A stretch of DNA of 64,000 nucleotides. It comes from a virus. This document shows, piece by piece, positions 51,785 to 61,600 of the stretch (its first letter is position 1; each line of letters begins with the position of its first letter). Under the pieces are notes generated by a model. It saw only the letters and a list, made by a program, of their open reading frames with translations. It ran no database searches and was not told the origin of the DNA. The stretch covers positions 2,040 through 66,039 of IMG/VR virus record IMGVR_UViG_3300010259_000001, one strand, 5' to 3'. The position numbers and the translations under genes were made by a program.

Positions 51785-52449
51785 AATTTCTTCAGATAGT
51801 TTATGATACCTTTTTTATGTCCCTCTACAATCTTAGCACGTCCCTCCTCGCTGGCAATGAAGCGGAGGTTTTCTTTGTTTGTATAAAAGAAATTCTCAGT
51901 TAATACTGCCGGGCATGAAGTATTCACTAAGATATAGAACTGACTTTCGTAGTCCACATCGCCGTCGTGATACATTTGAGACCCAAACTTCTTGTCGGGC
52001 ATCACTTCTTTGCAAGCATTCCAAATGCTGGTTGCAATAGCATCAGACTTGGTTTGGCCTACACTCGTCCATACTGTCCAGTAGTTTGCATCAAACCATT
52101 CGTTACCATGTCCGAGTGCATTAGCATGAACACTAATGAGGATAACATTATCCTTACCAAGTTTCTTACACCAAGCGTTTACTCTACGGCAACGCTCGCC
52201 AAGAGTAATGTTTGCGTCTTCTGGAACAAGCAACTCTGCGTCGTACCCACTTGCTTTAAGTTCTGCCACAAGCGCACGTGCGACAAGACGGTTAAACTCT
52301 CCCTCTCTGAACCTGTCTTTGACTATTGTTTTGTCGTCGATACCAAGACCTGTTACGGATGGACTGAATTTTCCTTTAGTGATGTCACGCGCACCATGGC
52401 CGTTGTCAATCAGAATTTTCATTGTCGTTGTTCTTATTGTTAGTTTCAT
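51781..52449 (-). CDS. N-acetylmuramoyl-L-alanine amidase (endolysin)
   Basis: KILIDNGHGARD...EGEFNRLVARALVAELKASGYDA...ILISVHANALG follows the Amidase_3 pattern. An alternative start lies at 52422. Confidence 0.85.
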   Translation of the reverse strand: MKLTIRTTTMKILIDNGHGARDITKGKFSPSVTGLGIDDKTIVKDRFREGEFNRLVARALVAELKASGYDAELLVPEDANITLGERCRRVNAWCKKLGKDNVILISVHANALGHGNEWFDANYWTVWTSVGQTKSDAIATSIWNACKEVMPDKKFGSQMYHDGDVDYESQFYILVNTSCPAVLTENFFYTNKENLRFIASEEGRAKIVEGHKKGIINYLKKL

Positions 52450-52921
52450 CTAAAATTTTGTCAACCTCGGCTGCATCAACATGTAGTTTTGCTGCAATTT
52501 CACCTGCAAGGGCTTTCTTTAGTAGTCGAAGAAATAAGAAATTTGGGAATAATATCAGCATTGATGCGCAACTGCTCCAAAATTCTACCAGTATAATCAC
52601 TGTGCCTACTATTGCGGCTGACAAAATCGTATCAGCAATCTTGTCAAGACCGACGAAAACAAACATGGCACAACCATATACGGCAAGTTTCGCAACGGTC
52701 AGTCGGGCGAGTTCTGACAATGTGAATTTTCCTTGCTTAATACTAACGGCAATACCCCAAATTGCATCCATAATGGTTACTGCCATTACAAGAAACACCA
52801 CAAACTTATGACCTGCAAAATAATCTATTAAGAACAGGCACAGTCCAGTGAGCCATCCCCAAACAGTCTGCAAGATACAGAGCAGCTTCTGAAAGAAATG
52901 TGTAATGATTTTTGCAAACAT
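52406..52921 (-). CDS. holin candidate
   Basis: 171 aa with about 4 hydrophobic segments. IMDAIWGIAVSIKQGKFTLSE resembles the phage_holin_4 block. Immediately upstream of the amidase. Confidence 0.7.
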   Translation of the reverse strand: MFAKIITHFFQKLLCILQTVWGWLTGLCLFLIDYFAGHKFVVFLVMAVTIMDAIWGIAVSIKQGKFTLSELARLTVAKLAVYGCAMFVFVGLDKIADTILSAAIVGTVIILVEFWSSCASMLILFPNFLFLRLLKKALAGEIAAKLHVDAAEVDKILDETNNKNNDNENSD

Positions 52922-52944
52922 CTTATTTTTCGATTTTTTATTTG

Positions 52945-52952
52945 CAAAATTA
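52945..52952 (-). promoter_or_regulatory. -7 box (TAATTTTG on minus strand) for lysis cassette
   Basis: The plus strand reads CAAAATTA, 24 nt upstream of the holin ATG and after the terminator at 53001-53042. Confidence 0.4.
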
Positions 52953-53000
52953 CGCTCATAACAACAGTTCGACCTGTTATCTTTTGAGTTGGTCGCCTAT

Positions 53001-53042
53001 ACACAAAGAAAGAGCCACAGGCTTATGGCTACCTGCGGCTCT
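53001..53042 (-). terminator. intrinsic terminator after the 98-aa gene
   Basis: AGAGCCaCAGG-(10 nt)-CCTGcGGCTCT (1 mismatch), followed on the minus strand by ttctttgtgt. Confidence 0.55.
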
Positions 53043-53061
53043 CAAAACCATTTATGTAGTA

Positions 53062-53358
53062 TCAACTATGATGTGGGGTGTCGTAGTTAAAGTAGTATCT
53101 TCCGAATAGGCGCGTGCTGATATAGTAAAGCAAGGCTATCAGCGTGAACCATGTGAGCGCATAGGGGTTACGGCTCTGACGAGTTGATATTTTCTGCATA
53201 TTGAGAAACAGGTTCGTGTCTGCTTCCTTGCGCTGTTCCTCACCACCTCCCTTGTCATACTCGTTGTCATGCAGCACGCACGCTGCATAATACTTCTTGG
53301 CGTATGGGGGCTTGATATATTTCAGCAGACCTTTGGCACAACCGCAACCGTTACTCAT
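53062..53358 (-). CDS. small HD-motif protein with C-terminal TM segment
   Basis: 98 aa. YYAACVLHDNEYDKGG...RKEADTNLF, then LTWFTLIALLYYISTRLF. Confidence 0.55.
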   Translation of the reverse strand: MSNGCGCAKGLLKYIKPPYAKKYYAACVLHDNEYDKGGGEEQRKEADTNLFLNMQKISTRQSRNPYALTWFTLIALLYYISTRLFGRYYFNYDTPHHS

Positions 53359-53848
53359 AGTTCGACATATCTAAACTGTCCTTTTCTGCCCAGCCCTCAT
53401 TGAGACACTGGTTAATGTAGGCGACTGCAGACGTGTAGAAGTCCGTGAAGTCCTCCATGTTTTCAAAGGTGTGGTACACGGCTTTGCCCTCTGCGTCTTC
53501 ACCAAGTTTGAACTTAATAGGCAACATGGCACCACCCATCTGCATATTGAGGTCGAACGCTGCCTTGAAGTTGTTTTGGTTCTCAGCACTCAAATACACA
53601 CGGATGCCTTTCCATGCAAAGCCGTTCAGTATCTTTTCGTCTGTATTGGCGTTGATGGTGTCAATGATAAGGTATTTAACCTCGCTGACGGTGGGCTTAT
53701 AGTCCAGCGTCTGACGGTAGTTATATCCTGTGCCTCCGTCCATGCCGAAGCCATAGAATACTTCCCAGCGTTTACGACCTATCTGCTGTATGCCGTCTCT
53801 GCGTTCTGATGCTCCATAAATCTTTTCCATGCCGCAAAGATACGACAT
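53351..53848 (-). CDS. hypothetical protein (DUF4376-like, speculative)
   Basis: 165 aa directly downstream of the RT. Not helical-bundle-like, so not an Avd. Confidence 0.6.
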   Translation of the reverse strand: MSYLCGMEKIYGASERRDGIQQIGRKRWEVFYGFGMDGGTGYNYRQTLDYKPTVSEVKYLIIDTINANTDEKILNGFAWKGIRVYLSAENQNNFKAAFDLNMQMGGAMLPIKFKLGEDAEGKAVYHTFENMEDFTDFYTSAVAYINQCLNEGWAEKDSLDMSNYE

Positions 53849-53880
53849 AAGACGGCAAATAAGATGTTATCTTTTGTGTA

Positions 53881-55224
53881 TCATGAGAACTTATACTTTA
53901 CCTTGCCTCCGTCAAACACTTCACTGACAATCGTGGTTTCAAATGGGAAACCGTCTTCGATGTCGCTGATTTGGTCGAGGATATTCTTCATTTCCTCAGA
54001 TGCTGTAAAGAACTTGCCCCAGTCGCCTGTCTGCTTGTCACGGAAACTTACCACATAGCGGTCTTCACCCTGCGATGTGTTGATGCCAGTCTCGTAGTCA
54101 TGCACTTCAATAGTTTTGTTCACGATTGCGCCCAAGCGCATTGTCTTACCGGGAAAGCGTTTCTTTCCGTCGGCAGGGGTGTAACTAACACCCATTTCGC
54201 TAAACTTTTTCATTTTCTGATTTGTCAATTTATAAAACAAGTGTTTACAATCAGCATGGCAAGCCATGCCTTTGAATGAGCCAATAATCTCTTGCCGACG
54301 TTTCCGCGACTTCACCTTTGCCAGTTTCCTTGCTGCTTTCTGCTTGATACGCTTGCGCAATAATGAATGGGTGCCATAATGCACATAGCCAAGAAAGTCC
54401 AGTCCAACGTCCAGCGGTCGCACCGCCTCCGATGGCTTAACCTCCAAACCGAGACGTGCCACTGCTGCTATATGAATGTTGCGCAACTCCCACAATTCTT
54501 TTTTCGTGCTGGCAAGCATTACGGTATCATCGCAATACCTGTAATACAAATAATGTGTCTCACCGCCCTTTTCATAGTGTTTAACGTATTTCAGCATTTC
54601 ATGGTCAACCTCATTCAGATAGAGGTTGGCGAAACACTGCGAGGAACGAAGACCCTTTGACAAGCCTTGTGGCATGAGCGTAATGAAACTGTCAAGGATG
54701 GGTAGCAGTATCGGGTCTGAAACATACTTCCTTATTATCTGCATCATCCGCAGTTGGTCGATGCTGTCATAATAATGGTGTATGTCGTTCTGATAGTAGT
54801 ATTGTGATTGTTCGGGAGCATTGGTAAGGTCTTCCTCTACGACGTGGTGCAGCCAGTGCATACCACGTCCCTTGATGCTTGCTGCCGTGTTCTTGATGAG
54901 CGTAGGGTATGTGTACTTCTCTATCACTACCATGATGGCATGGATGCCAACACGCTTCACTACCGTTGGGGCTTGCACATCGCGCTCTTTGTAGCCCTCA
55001 GTTACATGCAGGTCGCGAACATCGCTACGCACAATACGAAAAGAACCTGCACTGATTTCTCTGCGTAGGCTCTCTATTATCGTCAGACGTTTAGGTCTGT
55101 ACATTTCCCGTTGTCTTGGATGTTCAAGGTGACTGATAACGTAGTCGAAACTTTCACCCATGTTCTCCTCGCTGACAATTTCGGGAATTAGATTGTCGAG
55201 AGGAAATCTAATGTCATAGTCCAT
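53881..55224 (-). CDS. DGR reverse transcriptase
   Basis: 447 aa. LSKGLRSSQCFANLYLNEVDH (DGR-type G-x-x-x-SQ block) and YLYYRYCDDTVMLAS (Y-x-DD). TR lies 150 nt upstream on the same strand. Confidence 0.9.
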   Translation of the reverse strand: MDYDIRFPLDNLIPEIVSEENMGESFDYVISHLEHPRQREMYRPKRLTIIESLRREISAGSFRIVRSDVRDLHVTEGYKERDVQAPTVVKRVGIHAIMVVIEKYTYPTLIKNTAASIKGRGMHWLHHVVEEDLTNAPEQSQYYYQNDIHHYYDSIDQLRMMQIIRKYVSDPILLPILDSFITLMPQGLSKGLRSSQCFANLYLNEVDHEMLKYVKHYEKGGETHYLYYRYCDDTVMLASTKKELWELRNIHIAAVARLGLEVKPSEAVRPLDVGLDFLGYVHYGTHSLLRKRIKQKAARKLAKVKSRKRRQEIIGSFKGMACHADCKHLFYKLTNQKMKKFSEMGVSYTPADGKKRFPGKTMRLGAIVNKTIEVHDYETGINTSQGEDRYVVSFRDKQTGDWGKFFTASEEMKNILDQISDIEDGFPFETTIVSEVFDGGKVKYKFS

Positions 55225-55374
55225 GCCTTCAGGACACTTAGTTATGTTTCGGCTTTCTACATTATGTAGGGTTGCCGAGGCTCAAACCCTTCGCCCTTGC
55301 GGTCAGTGTACACGACACTGGTGTATAGGAACGATATTAAACAGTCTGCCTCCGAAAGACAGATGTATCTTGCT

Positions 55375-55489
55375 GGTAAGCCGCGAGCCGTTGTTGGTAT
55401 TCGAGTTCGAAGCATCGTTATTCGCGTTGCAGTTCACGAAGCCGTTGTTCGAGTTCGTGTTGTTGCCGGAGCGAAGAACACAACGCCCA
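55375..55489 (-). repeat. DGR template repeat (TR)
   Basis: The coding-sense copy is Asn-codon rich (29 adenines in the 111-nt core by my count). It is identical to VR1 and VR2 at every non-adenine position. Confidence 0.9.
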
Positions 55490-55521
55490 CGAGGGTTATC
55501 CACCTGCTTAAAAAGCAAGTG

Positions 55522-55529
55522 CAAAGGTA
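55522..55529 (-). promoter_or_regulatory. -7 box (TACCTTTG on minus strand) upstream of TR
   Basis: The plus strand reads CAAAGGTA, about 33 nt upstream of the TR 5' end and downstream of the fibre terminator. Confidence 0.4.
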
Positions 55530-55580
55530 CGAATATTTGTCATACTTACGCACTTTGCACCCCCACTATTAGCATTTTTT

Positions 55581-55609
55581 CAAAAAAAATCGAGCCGCTT
55601 ACGCGGCTT
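55581..55609 (-). terminator. intrinsic terminator of fibre gene
   Basis: AGCCGC-ttac-GCGGCT, followed on the minus strand by T8 (plus-strand a8 at 55582-55589). Confidence 0.75.
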
Positions 55610-55615
55610 TAGCGG

Positions 55616-55647
55616 AGAGTGAGCAGCCTTTTCAAGGCTCTCACTCT
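55616..55647 (-). other. 14-bp hairpin between fibre stop and terminator
   Basis: AGAGTGAG-c-AGCCTT-ttc-AAGGCT-CTCACTCT (one bulge). Confidence 0.65.
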
Positions 55648-55663
55648 GACGCTTTGCCGCTTG

Positions 55664-58600
55664 CTACTCAACGAACTCGATTTCGCCTCTGAAGGCAAGC
55701 CGCGAGCCGCAGTTGGTATTCGAGTTCGAAGCATCGTTATACGCGACGCAGTACACGAAGCCGACGTACGAGTTCGTGACGCCGCCGGAGCGAAGAACAC
55801 AACGCCCAGTTGAAGCGGAGTAGTATTGACCATCACAATAATAGGTGTTGTAATTGGAATTAGACACCGTCTTACTCGGCACAACATCACAGAACCGTCC
55901 ATGTCGGACACGACAAACTTCTTGGTCGGAATTGTTTACGCCTTGCACGGCTCGTTCCGTACCATCTGCCATTCTGATGCGCCAGATATGGTCAACAACG
56001 CTGCCGCTTGGCACTTGGCTCTTGTTCTTCTTGTAGGCATCGAAACTTGCAACATTCACAGCCACATTGTCCATCCACTCCCATGCACAACCCCACCAGT
56101 CTTCAAGTCCTAATGTGCGAGGTCTGCCGGTAGTTGTCTCATAGAAAGGCGAACGGTTTGCGCCATCCGTCGTACCTGTATTGACCACACCAACGCCGAC
56201 ACCATTCACGGCTTGCGAGTTTCTGCGTCCGTGAATAGCCATCCACAGGTTAGCGATGTCCTTGTGCATTTCGTAGTCCACAAGTTGATAACCCTTGCCA
56301 CGGCACTGCACGATGTTTTGGAAGTCCTTGCAAGTGAAGTTCAGACTGGTGCCAGCCTGTGGCAGGTTATTCGTCACGTTGCCGTTCTCGTCGTACTTCC
56401 AAATGTTGCTGGTGCTTGAAGTGCCTGTGCCTCGCTTTGGTATCGCACCGCTGATGGAACGAAGACGGTTGAGGTTATCAACACTTCCTTTGTACACGCC
56501 AATTAGTTCAAACTGGTGTTCCACCCAGTCGGGTTCAATGGCTTCAACGGCTGCACTATCTACAGCGATGCACTCTAAATCGTCGTAGCCCTGTGGTGTG
56601 CAGAACACGAACTTGGCTGCACCTGCCGGCACATCGACAAAGACATATTCACCTTGTACGAAATCGCTGTTGGCGTGAGTGATGTAGGTGTAAACGGTGC
56701 TAATCACCTTGTCATTCTTGTCAAGGAACACTGCACCGATAAGGTTGCTGTTGATACCAGGCCACCTTACCTGCTTCATGTTCTCTACATCCATGCTGTA
56801 AACATTGTTGGCACTGCTGTCTGTCAAATTGTCAGCATCGAACACATCGCCAACATTGAAGTTGCCGACATATACACTTGAAAGACTTTTCACTAACAGG
56901 TTGCTCAACGTGTCTCGGTTTACGTTACGAGCGGTAGAACTTGGAGTATTTGTTTCTGTTGAGAAAGCAATATACTTCTTATTGTTCACATGGTCGTTGA
57001 TACCCTTGTACCAGTAGTGAGGCAAGCCAAGGAACAAGTCGTAACCAGTACCATTAGTGTCTGTAATGTCAAGGTCAAGACCGTTGGCAAGGTGGTACAG
57101 GTCACTGTCACTTACCTGCTCCAACTGCATCTTATTGGTACTTTCATTGAAAGTTCCTTTATATACATGCAACTGGCTTTGCAGTTTGGTGATGTGTCCG
57201 CTTGGGATATAACCGTCGTCAACGCCGTCAGTGGTATTGTTGTCGAGGTTTCGGATATTGCCGTCAAACTCCATTGCATCGTCAAACTCTATCAACGTAT
57301 ATTGCGCATTGTATAGCGTGAGGTTCGGGAAGTATGCTACAAGATTGGCAAAGATGGCATCCTCAACGAGGTTGCTCATAATCCAACTGCCGTTCATGCC
57401 GTCGCAAACATTTGTCTGCTCACTTCCTATTCCGCGAGTGCCAAGGCTCTGCATGGTTTCAAGGGTTCTGCTGTTGCCTGTCATATCGTAACTGTCTATC
57501 TGCACTTCTGCAAGACGTGCGCCAGCATTGATAACATCGGCAAGCAACTGTTGCGCGTCTATGCTCGGGCAACCGCTTAACTGTATGCGAGTGACGTTCG
57601 CCAATCCATCAAATGATACACCGCCATTGGGATAGCCAAGACTGGGCAGGTTCACGAATGACAGTTCCGTCATGCTTGATGGCAAAGTCAGCGTCTGCAA
57701 GGGTGACGATTGCGCAGAACTGAAAGAGCGAAGCGAGCTGCCGCTTGCCTGTACTTTCTTCAAGCGTGGGCAACCACTGGCATTCAGCGTCAGCACCTTG
57801 GTATTTCTGATGTCTATCTCTTCTAAGAATGGCATCTGTCCGAGGCTCAACGCTGACAGTATGTCGTCGGTGTACGATGGCGTATAACTCTCTCCACCGA
57901 TGATGAGTTTCCGCAATAGCGTACAGTCGGCTATAACCCAGTTGCTGTTTTTCGGTGTACAGCCGCTTAAATCAAGTTCGCTCAGTTTATCAGCACCGAA
58001 GATATAGATAAGTTTACCACCGACACCTGCAGCAGCCTCAGTAAAGGTGTGGCTCTCACCTGCGCGCAGATAGCATGAATACTTTGCGCTGCTGGTGCTG
58101 TCAACGCCCATGCCAAAGTAACCGTCCTGTGCTGCCGTAATCTTCACGGTGATGGCTCCCATCACACGCGCTTGGAAGAAATGCTTGAACAGGTCGCCTG
58201 TCTGATAGTAGCCGTCGCGGTAGGCGAAACGCTTGCGCTGGAATGCTGGCAGACTTTCAAGACGCAAACCGTGCAGTGCCGGATAGTGGTTGTCTGCTGC
58301 CGTCGCGGTCTCGATATACTTGCGCTGGCCGTCGAAGCTGCTCACTACCTTTGCCCACTTCAAGATGCGGTTTGTCATCCAGTAACGGTAGCTGCCTGCT
58401 GCACTGAATATCTCCAGTCCTGCGCCTGTCTTGGCAGAACGCATGGCGGCGGCGGTATTATGCAAGGTCAGTTGTGTGCCGTTATCATCAATCCAAACGC
58501 CCTCGCCTCTTTCAAACAGGGCAAACGACTGGCGGAACATCACACCGTCCCAACCTTGGTACAGGTGGCTGTTCGCTCCGTCCATATCCCAAGGGATAGT

Positions 58601-61600
58601 CAGATAACAGTCGTTGTCGGCCTCGTCAACACTATCACCATCATACCAGTGGTTGAAGTAGTAGCGCATGTTGCCGTCAGTCTCTTTATAGACTGCTATC
58701 ATCATGTTCTTGGCTCGCTGGTCAACGGTAGCCTTATAATCCGATGCCACAATATAGTGGTTCGTGCTGTAAGGGTTGAAGTAGTGGTGCATCTCATGCT
58801 GCCACTTCAACAGACGGTTGGTCTTGGTTCCTGCTACGGTATTGCCGTCAAGGGTGATGGTGAGCGATGCACCGTCACCGTTGAAAATCTTTTCGCTGCC
58901 GTCGGGGTTCAGTGCGGCATTCTCTTCGTGGTCGTCCGTGAGGTTCTGATTACACTGCTGACAGAATAACAGTTCACGGAACAACTGATAAGGTACCTTT
59001 CTACCCTGTGCGTACAGGTCGTTCAAATCATCATCGTCGGGGTAACGGCTCTCGTAGTATGTTGACCAGATAGGCACGTCGCCATCATCGGTGTGCAGCG
59101 TTTCAAGCATATCATCGACGCTGTTCACACCCTGCTGCCAACAGAACTCTTGATACTGGCGATACTCGTAACACTCAACAGGGTTAAGCACTCTGCCTAC
59201 AATCACCCACTTGCCAGTGCTGCTCTCGTAGGTCATGCTGCCTGTGGTGTCGCGCCATACGCCACCAGTGTACTTGTAGTACTTGCCGTCGGTGCTGCGA
59301 TAGACAGTTGCCCAGTCGTAATCGCTGACATCATCTGCAGCAATCTCTGCGCCTGTTTTGTCAACCTCAACGAACTCGGCTACGGCATCGGTCTCTGTCA
59401 TGGCTCCTGTGCCGTCGTTCTCTATGAAGCGCGTCTCGGGGCCACAGAACTCACTAATCATATAGAGCATTCCGGGGATAAGCGATGCTGAACCAGCAAG
59501 CACCGTTGCCTTGTAAGCGTCAATGTTGGTGCCTCGCGGTGTAACAATCTCCTTGAAATCGCCATAGTTCACACAGCCCTTGTTGTAGCCAGGCACATCT
59601 TCGAAGCCGAAGAAATGGGGGTTGCCCTTGTCGGCATTGAAGTTAGCCTTGCTGTGGAAGTAGGCGTTTTCGGGAAGCGTAGCGGCCTCGGAACCTTTCT
59701 CCTGTCCGATGCGGTAGTCCGTGCGGAACAATGCACAGGTAACACCATCAATGGAGGTGTGCAGCTCCTCGCTGCTATCAGTGTTGAATATCTGTGCAGG
59801 GGTCATGTAGTTTCTACCCAAGGCAATCTGAACATCATTCATCTGCTCCATCAGTGCACAGTTATTCGCACCGGCACTGTCCGAATAGTCCACCTTGATA
59901 GTGATGGTGCTGATAGGGGTGCTGCCGTCCTTGATGCGTATCTTCTTCTTTGCAGCGAGTTTCACTGCCTCGTCGTACTTGGCAAGAATGGTTTCGTCGC
60001 CATTATACATCTTGCTGACCTCTTCGCGCGTATGCAGCATGACAATGCGCTTGGCTTTCTTTGCCTTGCCTTTCTTGTTCTTGATTGCGTAGGCAAGTGT
60101 AGATGTACCTTGGTTCGTAACGGGGATAGCCTCAATCATACAGTCTGCCCAAGGACGGTCGGGGAAGTACAGATACCAGTCCATAAGCACCTGTGTCTTC
60201 TTGTCCTTGATATTCTCGATATAGTCGGGATAGTATATCTCGCTATCCGTCACGGCTGCACCGTCCTTGCTCAGATTGGCATCAGAAGTGCGTGTCTCAA
60301 CACAAACCATCACACCACGGTCAATCAACTTCTGCATATCGGGGCGAGGTTTCGTCACACCCTCTGCCGTAATGTCTGCCATCACTTGGTTCTGCTCATA
60401 CTCGGTAAGCATAGCCTGCGTGTCGGTAAGGTTCACGATGTAGTTGTTGAATGCCTGTATAAAGTCATAGTAGGTGTTCCAGCGCACAATCTCATATAGA
60501 TAAAGGTCGGCATCACTGCCGTCAAAGTGGATGGTGTCGCCAAATACAGGGAATGCGCTGCTGGTGTCTATTGGCACACAAGCAGCCATATCACCGTTTT
60601 GGAAGACTTTGCAAAGCATCACTCCACTGTAAGGAGCGCGTGCTTGCGGCTCTATCACGATGTCAAATCGGTACACCACATCGTCAAGATATGAGGTCGC
60701 GGCTGTTGTATGTACGTTGGCGAGTGCCTCATCGCTATCACCGTTTGTAGTGACGATGAACTTCTCACCAGTAAGCACGAAGCCGAGACGCTCACCAAGA
60801 CACTTGATGATATGAGCGTTTCGCTTAGCGATGTTCTTCACCTTGAACGTCATTGAAAGAGCAAGTCCATTGGTAGGGATAGAGGTGCTGGCAAAAGGCT
60901 GGTCGGTACACTCTGCAGTGACGTTCTCTGCCACACGTAGCGACATGCGACCACCGCTCTGCTCGGTACCGAACGTATCAAGCACAAAGCCGTTGGTGGA
61001 GTAGTTCGAGCCGGTAACAACAATCTCTTTCTCCGTGCCGTCGGTGGCTTGGGTCTTGATGGTCTTGTCGGTGTCGGTGTTGCTCCTACCTGCGAGGCTT
61101 ATCTTATACAAGGCTCCCTCGGTCTCGGCAATATCCAGCAGCGAACCGTTGACAAGCACCTCGCGCGTCTCTGCCAAAGAGGCAACGCCGCAGGTGGCAT
61201 CGAAAGTAAGAGTGTCGCCCTGACTGTAACCAACGACGCGCTTCTCTATCGTGTAGTACCTGTTGCGGTACATAGAACTCTCACTAAGGGTCTCTGTCGT
61301 GTCTGTGGTCTCGTTGGTCATGGTAACCTCTACGACGCATGGGTTCTTGCTACGTTGGTAGCAGGCAAGGTCTATCTTCAGAGTCTCAAAGAGTTTCACT
61401 TCGCCGTCGCTGTCGTCGCTCCATCGTGCCACAACAATAGGCTTGTCGTAGTCGGCAACTTCCTCACGCTGCTCTATCACCATCACTGCGGTATGCAGCA
61501 CGTTACCTCGCGTGCCGCTGGCTACGTCGGTACCCTGTATGCGGATGGGGTATGCACCATGTCCTAACCCTGTCGGGTCGATGCTCACATTGTGGGGATA

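Noticed and set aside
55303-55524. 73-aa ORF spanning TR (and + strand ORF 55223..55612)
   Set aside because: The open frame is a relic of the target C-terminus copied into TR. It is Asn-codon saturated and has no start context. TR is expected to act as RNA.
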